Positions 1-12,499 of a DNA stretch of 41,584 bases are shown piece after piece (the first letter of the stretch is position 1; every line of letters starts with the position of its first letter). The notes under the pieces are model-generated. The model ran no database searches. It had not been told where the DNA came from and saw only the letters and a list, made by a program, of their open reading frames with translations. Origin of the DNA: Octopus bimaculoides (Eukaryota); assembly GCF_001194135.2 (NCBI RefSeq), contig NC_068983.1, forward strand, positions 8,182,546-8,224,129, in the 5' to 3' direction. Both the position numbers and the translations under genes were made by a program.

Positions 1-15
1 ATATATATATATATA

Positions 16-190
16 GGGAAAATTCACAAAAAACAAAAGACGAAGGCACGTGGTGTAGAAGACGAATAGATGTATTAGTATAACGCTCAGGAATTGAAAA
101 AGTCTTTAATGTTTCGAGCGTACGCTCTTCCAGAGAAAGGAACACAGAAAGAAACAAGAAGAGAAAAACAAATGTGTAGTGGTTAGCGAT
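16..190 (-). mobile_element. Probable Penelope-like terminal-repeat fragment with a degenerate hammerhead-like motif
   Basis: Minus strand of 102-140 reads cttt-CTCTGGA-a-GAGC(gtac)GCTC-GAAAC-ATT-aaag. Stem II and GAAAC are perfect, but the core is mutated. The Penelope assignment is inference. Confidence 0.3.
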
Positions 191-1499
191 CTATCATGAT
201 ATAAATATATAATACATAACAAATAATGTATATATATATATATATATCAGCATGGCTGCAGCCTCAACGCAGGAACATATAAAAGAGTAGAAGAATAAAA
301 GTATATTCACATACATGTGTATGTATGTGTATGTGTGTGGCTGAATGCATGCCAGTGTAAGGCTTAATGACTATATTGGGGTATCTGTTTCTGGAAAAGA
401 GAATTAAATGTTTAAGAGTTTATAATTCAGTTGAAATTAATTTTTCCAAAAGACCCTCGGAGATAAAAATCTATAAAATTAATAACTATATCGTTGTCCA
501 CGAGCAATATCAGAATTTACGAAAAATAACCGAAATATATACAGAAATGCATAAATGTTTACATACAATTTTATCTATGATATGCAATTAAGAAAGATAT
601 GGAAGGAAGTGAGTAGATATTACAAGCGGGAATGTGAAAGAAGCGGATTCAAAGCCCCAAAACGTCAACGACGCAAACATGGAAACTTTAACGAGTTATT
701 CATTTGAGCAGTTGGTTGAACATGTAAATATCCTAGAAATAGTTATTTACAGTAAATATAATATCGAAGATTTATAATGAAGGCATGGAACATTCGTAAC
801 AAGACAACTTTATCTTCAGATCAAAATCATATCAAATTCTGCTCGACAAGTTATCAATTCTTCCCGCCCGGGAGCGCAATTGATAATCCATCTGAAAATT
901 TACGTCTGGAGGTACCTAATTTATATTGATTTTGCTGCATATCACGTGACATGTTGGAGCTGTAACAGCCATTTTAATATGTAATCTAAAGCAAACAAAC
1001 CGACGTCAGTATCGTACTAATGACATTATCGCCTAAATATACGCGTCGCTAATAGACTCTTCCTCCTTGCCAAACATGTTACATAATTACTACCTTAATC
1101 TGAGAATTTAATAATGATGTACTGTGAGAATTGTAACCAGAAGCCATTAGTGGTTAAATGTGAATCCGACATAATAGTATAAACATATTTACATGCACAT
1201 GTTCACACACATATACACACACATACTACATATCCATACATACAAATGTCGATGCACAAATAAAATCCGCACATCAAATTTGCATCTACACCGACACTCA
1301 GATATATACAAACAAATGCATACAGACACGCACATTTATAGATATACACATCTCCACAGGAACGCAAACAGACGCAGCAACATACACACATACCCAAACA
1401 AAGAATATATACATTCTACATATATGGATACAAATACATAATGCATATAAATCATACAAATGACTGCATATCGGTTCATGCGTTGTATAGATGCACACA

Positions 1500-1503
1500 C
1501 ACT

Positions 1504-1539
<36 letters not shown>

Positions 1540-1594
1540 TATATACATATATATACACATATATACATATATACATATATATACACACACACAT

Positions 1595-1647
<53 letters not shown>
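1500..1647. repeat. (AT)n/(AC)n compound microsatellite running into an assembly gap (N 1648-1970)
   Basis: Seen directly in sequence. Confidence 0.95.
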
Positions 1648-2610
1648 NNNNNNNNNNNNNNNNNNNNNNNNNNNNNNNNNNNNNNNNNNNNNNNNNNNNN
1701 NNNNNNNNNNNNNNNNNNNNNNNNNNNNNNNNNNNNNNNNNNNNNNNNNNNNNNNNNNNNNNNNNNNNNNNNNNNNNNNNNNNNNNNNNNNNNNNNNNNN
1801 NNNNNNNNNNNNNNNNNNNNNNNNNNNNNNNNNNNNNNNNNNNNNNNNNNNNNNNNNNNNNNNNNNNNNNNNNNNNNNNNNNNNNNNNNNNNNNNNNNNN
1901 NNNNNNNNNNNNNNNNNNNNNNNNNNNNNNNNNNNNNNNNNNNNNNNNNNNNNNNNNNNNNNNNNNNNNNATATATATAATATATTATGTATGTACATAT
2001 AAGCGTATGCATGGTTGTACATATCTGTATGTTTATATATCAGTGTGTATATGTGTGTGTGTTTTTGTGTGTGTGTGAGTGTGTGTATGCGTTTATATCT
2101 GCGCTTATCGATCGATTTGCTTAAGGCAAAGCAGTTATAGTTCATTAAATTAATCAAGCAATATTCATTAATTATGATGTCAACTCTGTTTAGATGGACG
2201 AAGGGCAAAGTGACCCTAGCTGAATTTAAATACAGAACCGACTGGGAAAGATTAATACCGCATTGTCTCTGGTGAATCGTACCCAACCGTCCCACCTAGC
2301 CATCGCGATGCACAATAGAATATATAATATATGAACGTACATTGCTGTTGTTTACCTCCATATTAGCCTTGATGAAGCAGATTTATTATCGAAGGTGTTC
2401 CATCCATGTCTATCTAGTCCTTTTCGGAGGCGCATGTGCCCTAGAAGCAAATTATTCAAAGTCTCTATTAAGATTCTCTCACCTCTTTTCATACGATCAC
2501 TCCTGAAACTGTCCTTGTTTCTATGATAAAAATTTTCTGTTTGAAATTTATCCAAATTAAAACCTCCTATTACAATTTCACGTTGATTTATATTTCAGAC
2601 AGAAGACGTA

Positions 2611-2780
2611 GCGGCAATAAGTCTGTCTTTTCGTTCAGAGTTCAAATCCCGACGAGGTTGACTATTCCTTGCTTCCTTTCCGGTTCGATGAAATTAGTTC
2701 AGTTGCGTATTGGGGTCGATGTAATCGACTTACATCATCCCTGCGAAATTGCAGGCCTTGTGCCAATATTTGAAATCATT
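2611..2780 (+). mobile_element. Diverged tRNA-derived SINE, family B
   Basis: B-box-like gagttcaaatccc, followed by gttgactattcc...ggttcgatgaaattag...ggggtcgatgtaatcgactta. Aligns to the copies at 8316, 11148 and 18007. Confidence 0.75.
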
Positions 2781-3367
2781 TTATATTCTAGATTCCGGCT
2801 TGATTATGAGAAAGTTCTTTCGCTGAAATTTAATTGAAACAAAAGGTGCGTATTATAACAGAAATATTTTTACAAAGGGGATGTTTGCTTATGGTTTGAG
2901 GAACATTTAGGTCCTACATTTCTTCTGATCATATTATTTTGCTTGTGTAGTCAAGTTACAGGGAACTGTTTTTTTTTTCAATGTATTGGAAAATGATGGA
3001 TGCGATTAATTATTTTCATACAGGCTATTTGTTTTCTCAGACTAGTTCTGTAGCACGCCAACACATGGGAGGACACGGTTACATGCGCAGGGAGAGATAG
3101 CAGTTGGGACCCGTGTGTTTCTGCGCAAGGTGACTATTTTGAAGTAGATGATGTCATAACTTAGATTAGTAAGTTATTTTTCATTAAAAGTAACTAGTCC
3201 ACGAGCTCTTTTATACCACGGTATATATATAAATATATATACAAATTAAAAGGGTAAAGGAATTATCAATTTATTAATTAATAAATCAATTAATAATTAA
3301 TAATTTTTACCAAGCCCAACGGTATGAAAGCACCATTATTGGTGGAGAACTTATTCAAAAAAAGTTC

Positions 3368-3712
3368 ATATATTTATAAATATAATTAAGGGATCAGCAA
3401 AATATTTGCTTCACCATATACCGAAGTTCAGAAAAATAGCAGCTAAAAAAGGCTGAATCTCGCAGATAGCATCACTTGTAACTCACAAAGGTAAAAACAA
3501 GAAGAAAAAGAACAATGAAAAACTAACCAATTCAGATGATCATCTGAATTGGTTAGTTTTTCATTGTTCTTTTTCTTCTTGCTTTTACCTTTGTGAGTTA
3601 CAAGTTGTGCTATCTGTGAGATTCTCAGCTTTTTTAGCTGCTATTTTTCTGAACTTCGGTATATGGTGAAGGAAATATTTTGCTGATCCCTTAATTATAT
3701 TTATAAATATAT
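3368..3712. repeat. Spacer-less long palindrome (arms about 172 bp)
   Basis: 3368-3539 is the reverse complement of 3540-3712, centred on cagatga|tcatctg, with only a few substitutions or indels. Confidence 0.95.
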
Positions 3713-3742
3713 ATATATAAAATATGTAATCTATAGGATAAA

Positions 3743-3763
3743 ATCTATCTATCTATCTATCTG

Positions 3764-3826
<63 letters not shown>
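3743..3826. repeat. (ATCT)n microsatellite
   Basis: Seen directly in sequence. Confidence 0.95.
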
Positions 3827-3828
<2 letters not shown>

Positions 3829-4148
3829 ATGTATATATGTATATAGAGAGTAAGATTGAGAGAGAGAGAGAGAAAGAGAGAAGGACAGTCTGTGTGTTCG
3901 TGTGAGAGAGAAAGAGAGACAACGTAGATAATTCTTCAATGTACGTTGCCTAAAAACAAAGATATTAATTCTCAATTTCTTGAAAATAATCATCATTGAC
4001 GGTCAATATTTCTGCCATTAAAAGCAAATTTCAATGTGAATATGGGACTTGTCCTTGTGGACATTAGCACGCACTTGAGCTATATATTTGTGTGTATGTC
4101 TGTGCTTGTATATGTTTGTGTGCGTGTGTATGCGTGTGTTTGTGCGTT

Positions 4149-4209
<61 letters not shown>

Positions 4210-5739
4210 TTGTTTGTTTTCGTTAGTGCATTTAAATCATACAGACAGAAACATACTCGGGCACATACATAGAGATTCAGACGCACACGCATGCGTACGG
4301 ATGTTTTTGGTATATTTGTTCACGCACATCGATGAGTGCATATTCACACACCTCCAGTGCATATATTTATAGTCCTAGACACACACAAACATACACACAT
4401 ATCACATATATACACACATTCACATCGGCCATCGAGATTTCTTCTTTGTACGTCACAAAATGGCTAAGATATGAATTATTTATCGAGGAGACAATCTTGA
4501 CAAACTATTGACTCACAATATTGTTTTGTTGTACCACCTGTTAAGACTTGAGCTATACTCTATTCACAAACGTTTGTTCATATTTACAAACGATTATCTT
4601 GAGTGACTAAAACATAACAAAGAAAACTAAACAAAGAATTTAACTCTTTACAAAACAATATCGTTTCAAAAGTGTGTCTTTGTTTGCTTATTTCAATTAT
4701 AATTTCAGTTTGTGATGTTTTTGAATGTACAATATTTTAGTGTCTGCAGGGTAGGATAAAGTCTATTTTGTACTTTACTAATATCATGGCCTTCTGGGTG
4801 GTTTTTGGCTTGCTTGATACGTAAGATATATTTTCTCCTCATGGCTCAGGAACTTAACAGTATTTATCTACTTTATTAGCTGATATTTATCCAAGTGTAC
4901 CGCTGTTTACAATGCTTTTATTTTTACTTGCTTCTTCTGATTGAAATTGCTGTGCCCACGGCATTCGCTGGACATCAATGACACATAAGAGTGATACCGT
5001 TAGACGTTCTGTTTAAACGTTTGAAACTCGATAACTGCAGGGAAAAATATGAGTAAAATTGAAAGTTCCTGTAAACAGCAATCTGAGAACGTAACACCTA
5101 CGCGCAGTACTTACTGTGGAGATGAAAGCTGGACATAATGTGTATAGAGTGTCGAATAACAATGAGTCGGGAGTTATGAGAGAAAGTGTCAACTGACCAT
5201 CTGTGTCTGAGATAATCAAACCATAGTTTTACTGGTATAAAATACAATAGGAGGACAAAGAGTGGTGCGTGTCTTTGGTAGGGGTAGGAGATAATTGACT
5301 CAAGTGAATCAGTTATCTAAACTTCTAACAATAGAGGAAGGGTCGGCATCGATCGTCTAGCTTTTTATCTGAAGCGAATTGTTTATATACAGTATGAAAG
5401 ATATAAAATTATAAAAACTAAATAAAAGAATATAGATATATACGAAAAATATACAAATACATATAAGATTAATATGAAAGGATATATAAAATATTTTATA
5501 GGTATATCTGTATAGAAAAATTATAACAAGATCTTTATTATGAATAAAGAGATATAAAATAATATACAAATTAGGAATACAAAAAATATAAGAAATTATA
5601 AAGGTATATATGTAAGGAAAAAAAATTAACAAGATCTTTATTTTAAATAAAGAGGTAGGGATAAAAAATAAATCAACCAGAATTTAATATAAATAAAGCT
5701 AAAAGTGAAAAAGATTTTACAAATGTTTGTAAGGTATAC

Positions 5740-6860
5740 AATAAATATACATAAAGATAAAAAATAATAATGCATCTTAGATGGATATATTTTGTACTTA
5801 GGGGAGGTGCTAAATATAAAAACCACTAGTAGAGATGAAAATGAATTTTTATCAACATATATGAAAGTAATTGATTTAGGAAATGGTTAGATACATATTG
5901 TAATACTTGATAAGGTGTAAATTTTCTGTGTTGTAATATTTTAAATTATAAATAATTATTTTCTAGTTTAAGTCATAGAATAATCATTTCAACTCAAATG
6001 TTATATTAGGTGAAATCACGAGAGATTACCATAAGTATGATATACTAAAGGAATACTAGATCTAGTTGATCATATAAGTAGTATTAAAAGTATTCCAGCA
6101 ATGTGAATGATATGTTAAAAAGAATATTTGAAAATATGGTATTTAAAGTGTATAAAAAAATTGTTGAAATTTACGATGTGTTCATGTATGGTTCAACATA
6201 TAAACTATAAATGAGAGATAAAATTAGGAAGAGAAAAAAATAGCAAATTAAGAAATGATAATAAATTAATGAAGTAGTGCTAATTCTAAGTGGACAGTAG
6301 CAATGGAATTAGTACAACTTCATTAATTTATTATCAATTCTTAATTTCATATTTTTTCTCTTCCTAATTTTATCTCTTCTCCTTTATAGTTTATTACTTG
6401 TTGAACCATTGTAACCCACCACAAATTTTAACAACTTTTTTGACACTCTATAAATACCAGATTTTTAAATATTCTTTTTAACATATCAACATTCACATTG
6501 CAGGATACTCTTAATGATACTTACATGATTGACTAGATCTGGTATTCTTTCAGCAGATCATACTTATGGCACTCTCGTGATTTAACCTAATATAAGATTT
6601 GAGTTAAAATGATTATTCTATGACTTAAACTAGAAAATAATTATTCATAATTTCAAATGTTATAACCCAGAAAATTTACACCTTATCAACTATTACAATA
6701 TGTATCTACCCATTTCCTAAATCAATTATTTTCATATATGGCGATAAAGAATATTTTCTATGTTTACTCTTAATGGTTTTACATTTGGTACCTCCCCTAA
6801 GTACAAAATATATCCATCTAAGATGTTTTATTACTTTTTTATCTTTTTGCATTTTTATTT
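5740..6860. repeat. Diverged long inverted repeat, arms about 550 bp, 19-nt spacer (6287-6305)
   Basis: Matching blocks include gcatcttagatggatatattttgtacttaggggagg vs cctcccctaagtacaaaatatatccatctaagatg, and ataataaattaatgaag vs cttcattaatttattatc. Outer boundaries are approximate. Confidence 0.9.
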
Positions 6861-6871
6861 TCTTAAATTCT

Positions 6872-7385
6872 TTTTTTATAGTTTCAGCTCAGAGCTGCGG
6901 TCATGGTGATGCACCGCCGTTTTGCTACACTGTTATTACTGAGAGCCTCCTCCAATATGTGGCACTTGGTGAAGAATGGAGTTTGATGTAGCTACCCTCA
7001 TTTGCACCTCTTGCCGTGAGATAGGTCCATTTGGGACTCTTGACAGGAAGAGGTCCAGCTTTGATTTAAAAAACCCTAAATCTACTTTGTGCAGGTTCCT
7101 CAGGCTCTTTGGGAGAATATTAAAAAGCTGTGGGCCCTTAAGTCCAACTGTTGCAGTAACTGGTCCTGAAGCGCGATGGCATTGCTGGGATCTTTGGCAC
7201 TATACAGTGTCGTCACGTTCTGGCATTGGTGTAGCTTTCAATGCCAAAATTTGGCACAATTCCTTCCAGGATCTTCCAGATATATATTACTGAATACCTC
7301 TCCCGCTTTCTCTCCAGGGAGTAGTCTTAGCTGTTTCAGGTAACTCTCTGCTTCGAGGTAACTCTCTGCTTCGAGGTAACTCTCT
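6872..7385 (-). mobile_element. 3'-terminal fragment of a CR1-group LINE (post-RT ORF2 C-terminus, 3'UTR and A-rich tail)
   Basis: With frameshifts and stops, the minus strand reads LKQLRL/SLERKRERYSVIYIWKILEGIVPNF...GPQLFNILPKSLRNL...FKSKLDLFLSRVP. This is the typical CR1/L2-group ORF2 C-terminus. It ends ...gctgaaactataaaaaaa. Confidence 0.85.
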
Positions 7386-8152
7386 TTCTCTTTTACTGTT
7401 TTACTTGTTTCAGTCATTTGACTGTGGCCATGCTGGAGCACCGCCTTTAGTCGAGCAAATCGACCCCAGGACTTATTCTTTTGTAAGCCTAGTACTTATT
7501 CTATCGGTCTCTTTTGCCGAACCGCTAAGTTACGGGGGCGTAAACACACCAGCATCGGTTGTCAAGCGAAGTTGGGGGAGGGGGACAAACACAAACACAC
7601 AAACACACACACACACGCACACACATATATATATGCACATATATACGACGGGCCTCTTTTGTTTCCGTCTACCAAATCCACTCACAAGGCGTTGATTGAC
7701 CCGAGGCTATAGTAGAAGACACTTGCCCAAGGTGCCACGCAGTGGGACTNNNNNNNNNNNNNNNNNNNNNNNNNNNNNNNNNNNNNNNNNNNNNNNNNNN
7801 NNNNNNNNNNNNNNNNNNNNNNNNNNNNNNNNNNNNNNNNNNNNNNNNNNNNNNNNNNNNNNNNNNNNACTTCACAGCAAGTATTCCTTATAATATAAGT
7901 ATTAATATATAAGGCAGCGAGCTGGCAGAAACGTTGGCACACCAGGCGAAATGTTTGTCGGTATTTCGTCTGCCGTTATGTTCTGAGTTCAAATTCCACC
8001 GAGGTCGACTATATCTTTCATTCTTTTGGGGTCGATAAATTAAGTACCAGTTACGCACTAGAGTCGATGTAATCGACNNNNNNNNNNGTGGGACTGAACC
8101 CGGAACCACGTGGTTCGTAAGCAAGCTACTTACCACAGCCACTCCTACGTCT
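7386..8152 (-). mobile_element. tRNA-derived SINE, family A, split by assembly gaps (body 7386-7749, head 8088-8152)
   Basis: Head on minus strand: tggctgtggtaag (A-box-like) and gggttcagtccc (B-box-like). Near-identical to the copy at 14811-15242. The overlap gtgggact is present on both sides of the gap. Confidence 0.9.
7869..8077. other. Exact 209-bp duplicate of 8272-8480, bounded by N-gaps; probable assembly artefact
   Basis: Identical sequence, flanked by Ns on both sides and interrupting a SINE. Confidence 0.85.
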
Positions 8153-8315
8153 ACATTAGTCTACATAAGTCTACATTAATTCACGTATTCGTTTTTTTGT
8201 GATTTACCTCGCATTTACTTCGCATTGTTTTGGCCTTGCCCACCATCTTTATACACTATATTCTACACAATACTTCACAGCAAGTATTCCTTATAATATA
8301 AGTATTAATATATAA

Positions 8316-8548
8316 GGCAGCGAGCTGGCAGAAACGTTGGCACACCAGGCGAAATGTTTGTCGGTATTTCGTCTGCCGTTATGTTCTGAGTTCAAATTCC
8401 ACCGAGGTCGACTATATCTTTCATTCTTTTGGGGTCGATAAATTAAGTACCAGTTACGCACTAGAGTCGATGTAATCGACTTAATCCCTTTTTATCTCCT
8501 TGTTTGTCCCCTCTATGTTTAGCCCCTTGTGGGCAATAAAGAAATAAG
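8316..8548 (+). mobile_element. tRNA-derived SINE, family B
   Basis: ggcagcgagctggcagaaacgttgg (A-box-like), ctgagttcaaattcc (B-box-like), and central gtcgac...tttcattcttttggggtcgataaattaagtaccag. At least six copies are in the window. Confidence 0.9.
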
Positions 8549-9205
8549 TATTCCTTATTTTTACTAGATACACGAGGCAGTCTTAGGCAAATGTTTTGTT
8601 GATTATTCACTTTCACTATCATCTGTCAAAGGAGATTCTCTAGGACGATGGCGTTCGTAATGTTTTTATTTACTATAAATTCATCAGCGAAAGCTATGTT
8701 TTCAAATATCGGATGCACTTTCTTTTAAAGCTACTACTATACTGTATTTAAAGCAAATGCTGTTACGACTGTAACCAAATCATGTAGACTAATTTAAATT
8801 ATTAAACACCTTTTCAGCTGTTAATTCATTTATGTGCGAGCTGTGATTATTATTCACACCAAAATCTATTATGAGGTATATCCAAATAGTTTAGATACCA
8901 CTGCGTTATTTCATAAATCAATTAGATAAATATATTGAAGTTACACACGTACACACACAAAGACACACACGTACCCACACGCGCGCGCATACACACACAC
9001 AGCCATATATATATATATATATATATATATAAATCAAATTAATCCTAAGGACACATTAAAGTGTCTACCCGCTAGAAATATGAATCAATACCCTTATTTG
9101 GATCACCAAAAAATTAACACTGAAAACAACAGATTGAACAGTATACTAGGAGATTGAAAAGATTTTCACATACAAATATAGCATAAAGCTATATATATAT
9201 CTAAT

Positions 9206-9351
9206 GTCGTAGGATCGCGGTTTCGATTCCCAGACCGGGCGTTGTGAGTGTTTATTGAGCGAAAACACTTAAAACTCCACGAGGATCCGGCAGGGGATGG
9301 TGGTGAACCCTGCTGTACTCTTCCACCACAACTTTCTCTCACTCCTTCTTT
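9206..9351 (+). mobile_element. 5'-part fragment of tRNA-derived SINE, family C
   Basis: B box ggtttcgattcc. Matches the reverse complement of part of the 35292-35676 copy. Confidence 0.85.
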
Positions 9352-10075
9352 ATGCACACATACACATGCGCACGCACGCACGCACGCACGCACACGCGCA
9401 CGCGCGCGCACACACACACACACACAAACAGAATCTCACACACAGAGGAACGGAAGAACACACAACTACATAATACACTCTACGCACACACACACAAACA
9501 CACACACATATACAAAACAGACAGACATGCACAAGCACACACGCACGTACACAAATATGCACAGGTACAGCCGCAAACACACGTAACCAGAGACACGCAC
9601 ACATGCATACATACGCGCACAAATGCACATACGCATATACACACACATTCTGATACATAATCACACGCATGAGAGGAACACAAGAACAGGCAACCACATA
9701 CATTCACATTACGCATACACTCTCCATACACACACACACACGCAGATATGTACGGCTACACGCGCCCACACGCGCATACACACAGATATGCATAGGTACA
9801 GGTGTAAACACACACACAAATGCCGTCGCACAAAGATGCACTCAGACACCTACCTATTCTAAAATGGACCAGACCACACTCACACACAGACATGCATACA
9901 GAAATAATGGAATACACTCACATAAGCAAGCACTCACCAATTTACACGCGCATACGAACAATTCCATTCACTCACAGAACTGACTCAATCACGCAAACAC
10001 GTACACTAGACCTACACTCACGCTCTACACATGCATATGCACACGACCGCGAGCGCAGATTCTCACACTCGCAAC
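9352..10075. repeat. Degenerate (CA)-rich low-complexity tract
   Basis: Seen directly in sequence; explains the His/Thr-rich ORFs. Confidence 0.85.
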
Positions 10076-11147
10076 TACCCTTTTCTCCTTCCCACACCAC
10101 TCTTGTTTATTTCTCTTGAAGATCACATCCACATACTTCCTGATTTTCTGCCAAGTCGCTCTGCTTCGAAAACATTTTGACTTTCTTTCCGACGATGTTT
10201 TTGAGACAGAATTGATTGCGATGTCTAACATGGAACGGAGTCTTCCCTTTCTGTTATACGATGATGCCAACACTAGATGGATTTGACAATGAAATCAATG
10301 TCACTCTCGACAGAAATGTTCCAGGGTGTCATAGCGGCCTACTAATCATAACATGCTGGATTTGAAACATACCTGTATCACTTATATTCAGTATCAACGT
10401 TGAAGTAACTGCATATTTTGTAATAAATGTACCTAACTACATGACATACTGTATCTGTTTGTGCTAGAATAAGGCAAATACAAATGAGATACTTGAGTAT
10501 TCCGTTATATTGATTGCACTGTCCGCTACAGGGTGTTATTAGCTTCTCGTTCCTTTGTTTTATTTCGTTAGCTGTATGCTGCTTATGTATTGGTATTTTA
10601 CAGCGAAAATTAGAGCTTTCCTTTCTAGCTATGCATTACATAGATTAAACGTCATTCGTATCTTTCGTAGTGTATCACTCTTCTTGTTAATTCTTTTAGA
10701 ACACTGATCATAGATATATCGCTCTTTTTTCTCTTCTTTTACTCATTTTGTCTTGCATGTTTTTTGAAGATTTACTGTGATTTTTATACTTCCTTTTAAC
10801 TATTTATCGCTTTATCGTTACCTAATGCATTTAACTAATGAACGTCTCGTTTATGCTTTATTATTTCCTTATAAGGACCAAAATACATGCTGCCCTATAC
10901 CAATCAGTATATCTGTTTCTTTATTTCGTTGTTTTCCATGTTTCCTATAGCCAATTCAACTAAGGCCATGCTAGAACAACCTCTTCCAGATATATTTTTC
11001 TTAATCAGGTCGTTTTCTAAAATAGATTCTATTTAAACTAAAACTAATTTCCTCGTTGCGTATACTTCTATCTATTCTTTTATATTTTGCAACAACGATT
11101 GCACGACGTCGTTTCCATTACATAAAACCTCCCAACATATTCCGAGT

Positions 11148-11360
11148 GGCAAAGCGGTGTGTTGGCAGAAATGTTAGAACGCTGAGCGAAATGCTTAGCA
11201 GTATTTCGTCTGTCTTTATGTTCTGAGTTCAAATTCCGCCGAGATCGACTTCGCCTTTCATCCTTTCGAGATCGAAAAATTAAGTACCAGCTGTGCATTG
11301 GGGTTAATCTACTCGACTGGCCCCTTCCTTTAAAATTTCGGACCTTTTGCCTTGTGTAAA
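11148..11360 (+). mobile_element. tRNA-derived SINE, family B
   Basis: tggcagaaatgttag...ttctgagttcaaattccgccgagatcgacttcgcctttcatcctttcgagatcg...taagtaccag. Confidence 0.88.
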
Positions 11361-11558
11361 TATTATTTATATATATATATATATNNNNNNNNNNAAATTG
11401 AAAAATCTGAAGATTCAGAAGAATTATATTACATATATATAAGAGGGTTAACCACTAAGTGGACATCTATTTTGCTAGAAGAAGCCCACCTATGGTCAGA
11501 TCATATGTGGTCTTCTTCTAGCAAAATAGATGTCCACTTAGTGGTCAACCCTCGTACA

Positions 11559-11625
<67 letters not shown>

Positions 11626-12225
11626 TCCGAGCTGCTTCAGTTGGTCTCGTCTTGAAGATGATGATGATTGCTGCTACTGATTTTGATGACTGTTGTTAAT
11701 GCTGTTGCTGCTAGTAAATTTGATGAGGAACATGAATAATATATTTAAATCAGTTATTTTAAAAAGACAATGCATTGCTTTGGTTTCATGGCATTTCGCT
11801 GGCTTGCACATGAACACTTAGGCAAGTTGCCTCTACACGAAGTAGTCTTACGTGTAATGAAAACAAAAAAAGAAAGAAAAAAGAAAAAAACAACTATTAG
11901 CAATACTACTGTGAAACAAAACAATTTCTTAAATAACATCATAAATAACCCTTAGTTATAACTAAGAATATATTGATTACACACCTTCAATATATCTATT
12001 TAACATTTGAAACCGTTTATAATGTTTGAGTGAAAGGCTCTAAAGTTATACAAGATTTAAAATGTCACACACGTTGATCATAACAGCGCGTGGAAAAGCA
12101 TATTGTCGAGTAAGCGAAAGGGGAGTCAATGTTCTTTGTCTTGAAAAGGAACAAAGCCCGTAGGATAATTGCCTTCGTAACAAAAATCATCTGTCAGCAT
12201 ACAATTTCATCTATCTATCTATCTG

Positions 12226-12284
<59 letters not shown>

Positions 12285-12319
12285 ATATATATATATCTAT
12301 ATATATATCTATATATATA

Positions 12320-12356
<37 letters not shown>

Positions 12357-12499
12357 AAAAAAATGGCAAAAAATCATATATTAATCAATATCGATTAATT
12401 ACCAGGAAGCTAGCACATATATACGCATGTATATATATATATACACATGTGTGTATGTGTTTGTGTGTGTGTTAGGTCTATCGTGCTCCCAGTCTAGCT

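Noticed and set aside
2356-2440. Resemblance of LRKGLDRHGW...LIW to tubulin-tyrosine-ligase-like N-termini
   Set aside because: Only a loose pattern over a few residues, and no other TTLL motifs were found in the window.
3315-3352. Hammerhead-like arrangement ggtatga-aag-CACCA(ttat)TGGTG-gagaac next to the palindrome
   Set aside because: Both the core and GAAA deviate and there is no convincing stem I, so it is too degenerate to call.
6306-6520. GIY-YIG-like reading (SGIYRV...YNGST) on the minus strand of the long inverted repeat
   Set aside because: It requires reading through stops, an alternative frame is equally open, and the opposite arm does not clearly support it.
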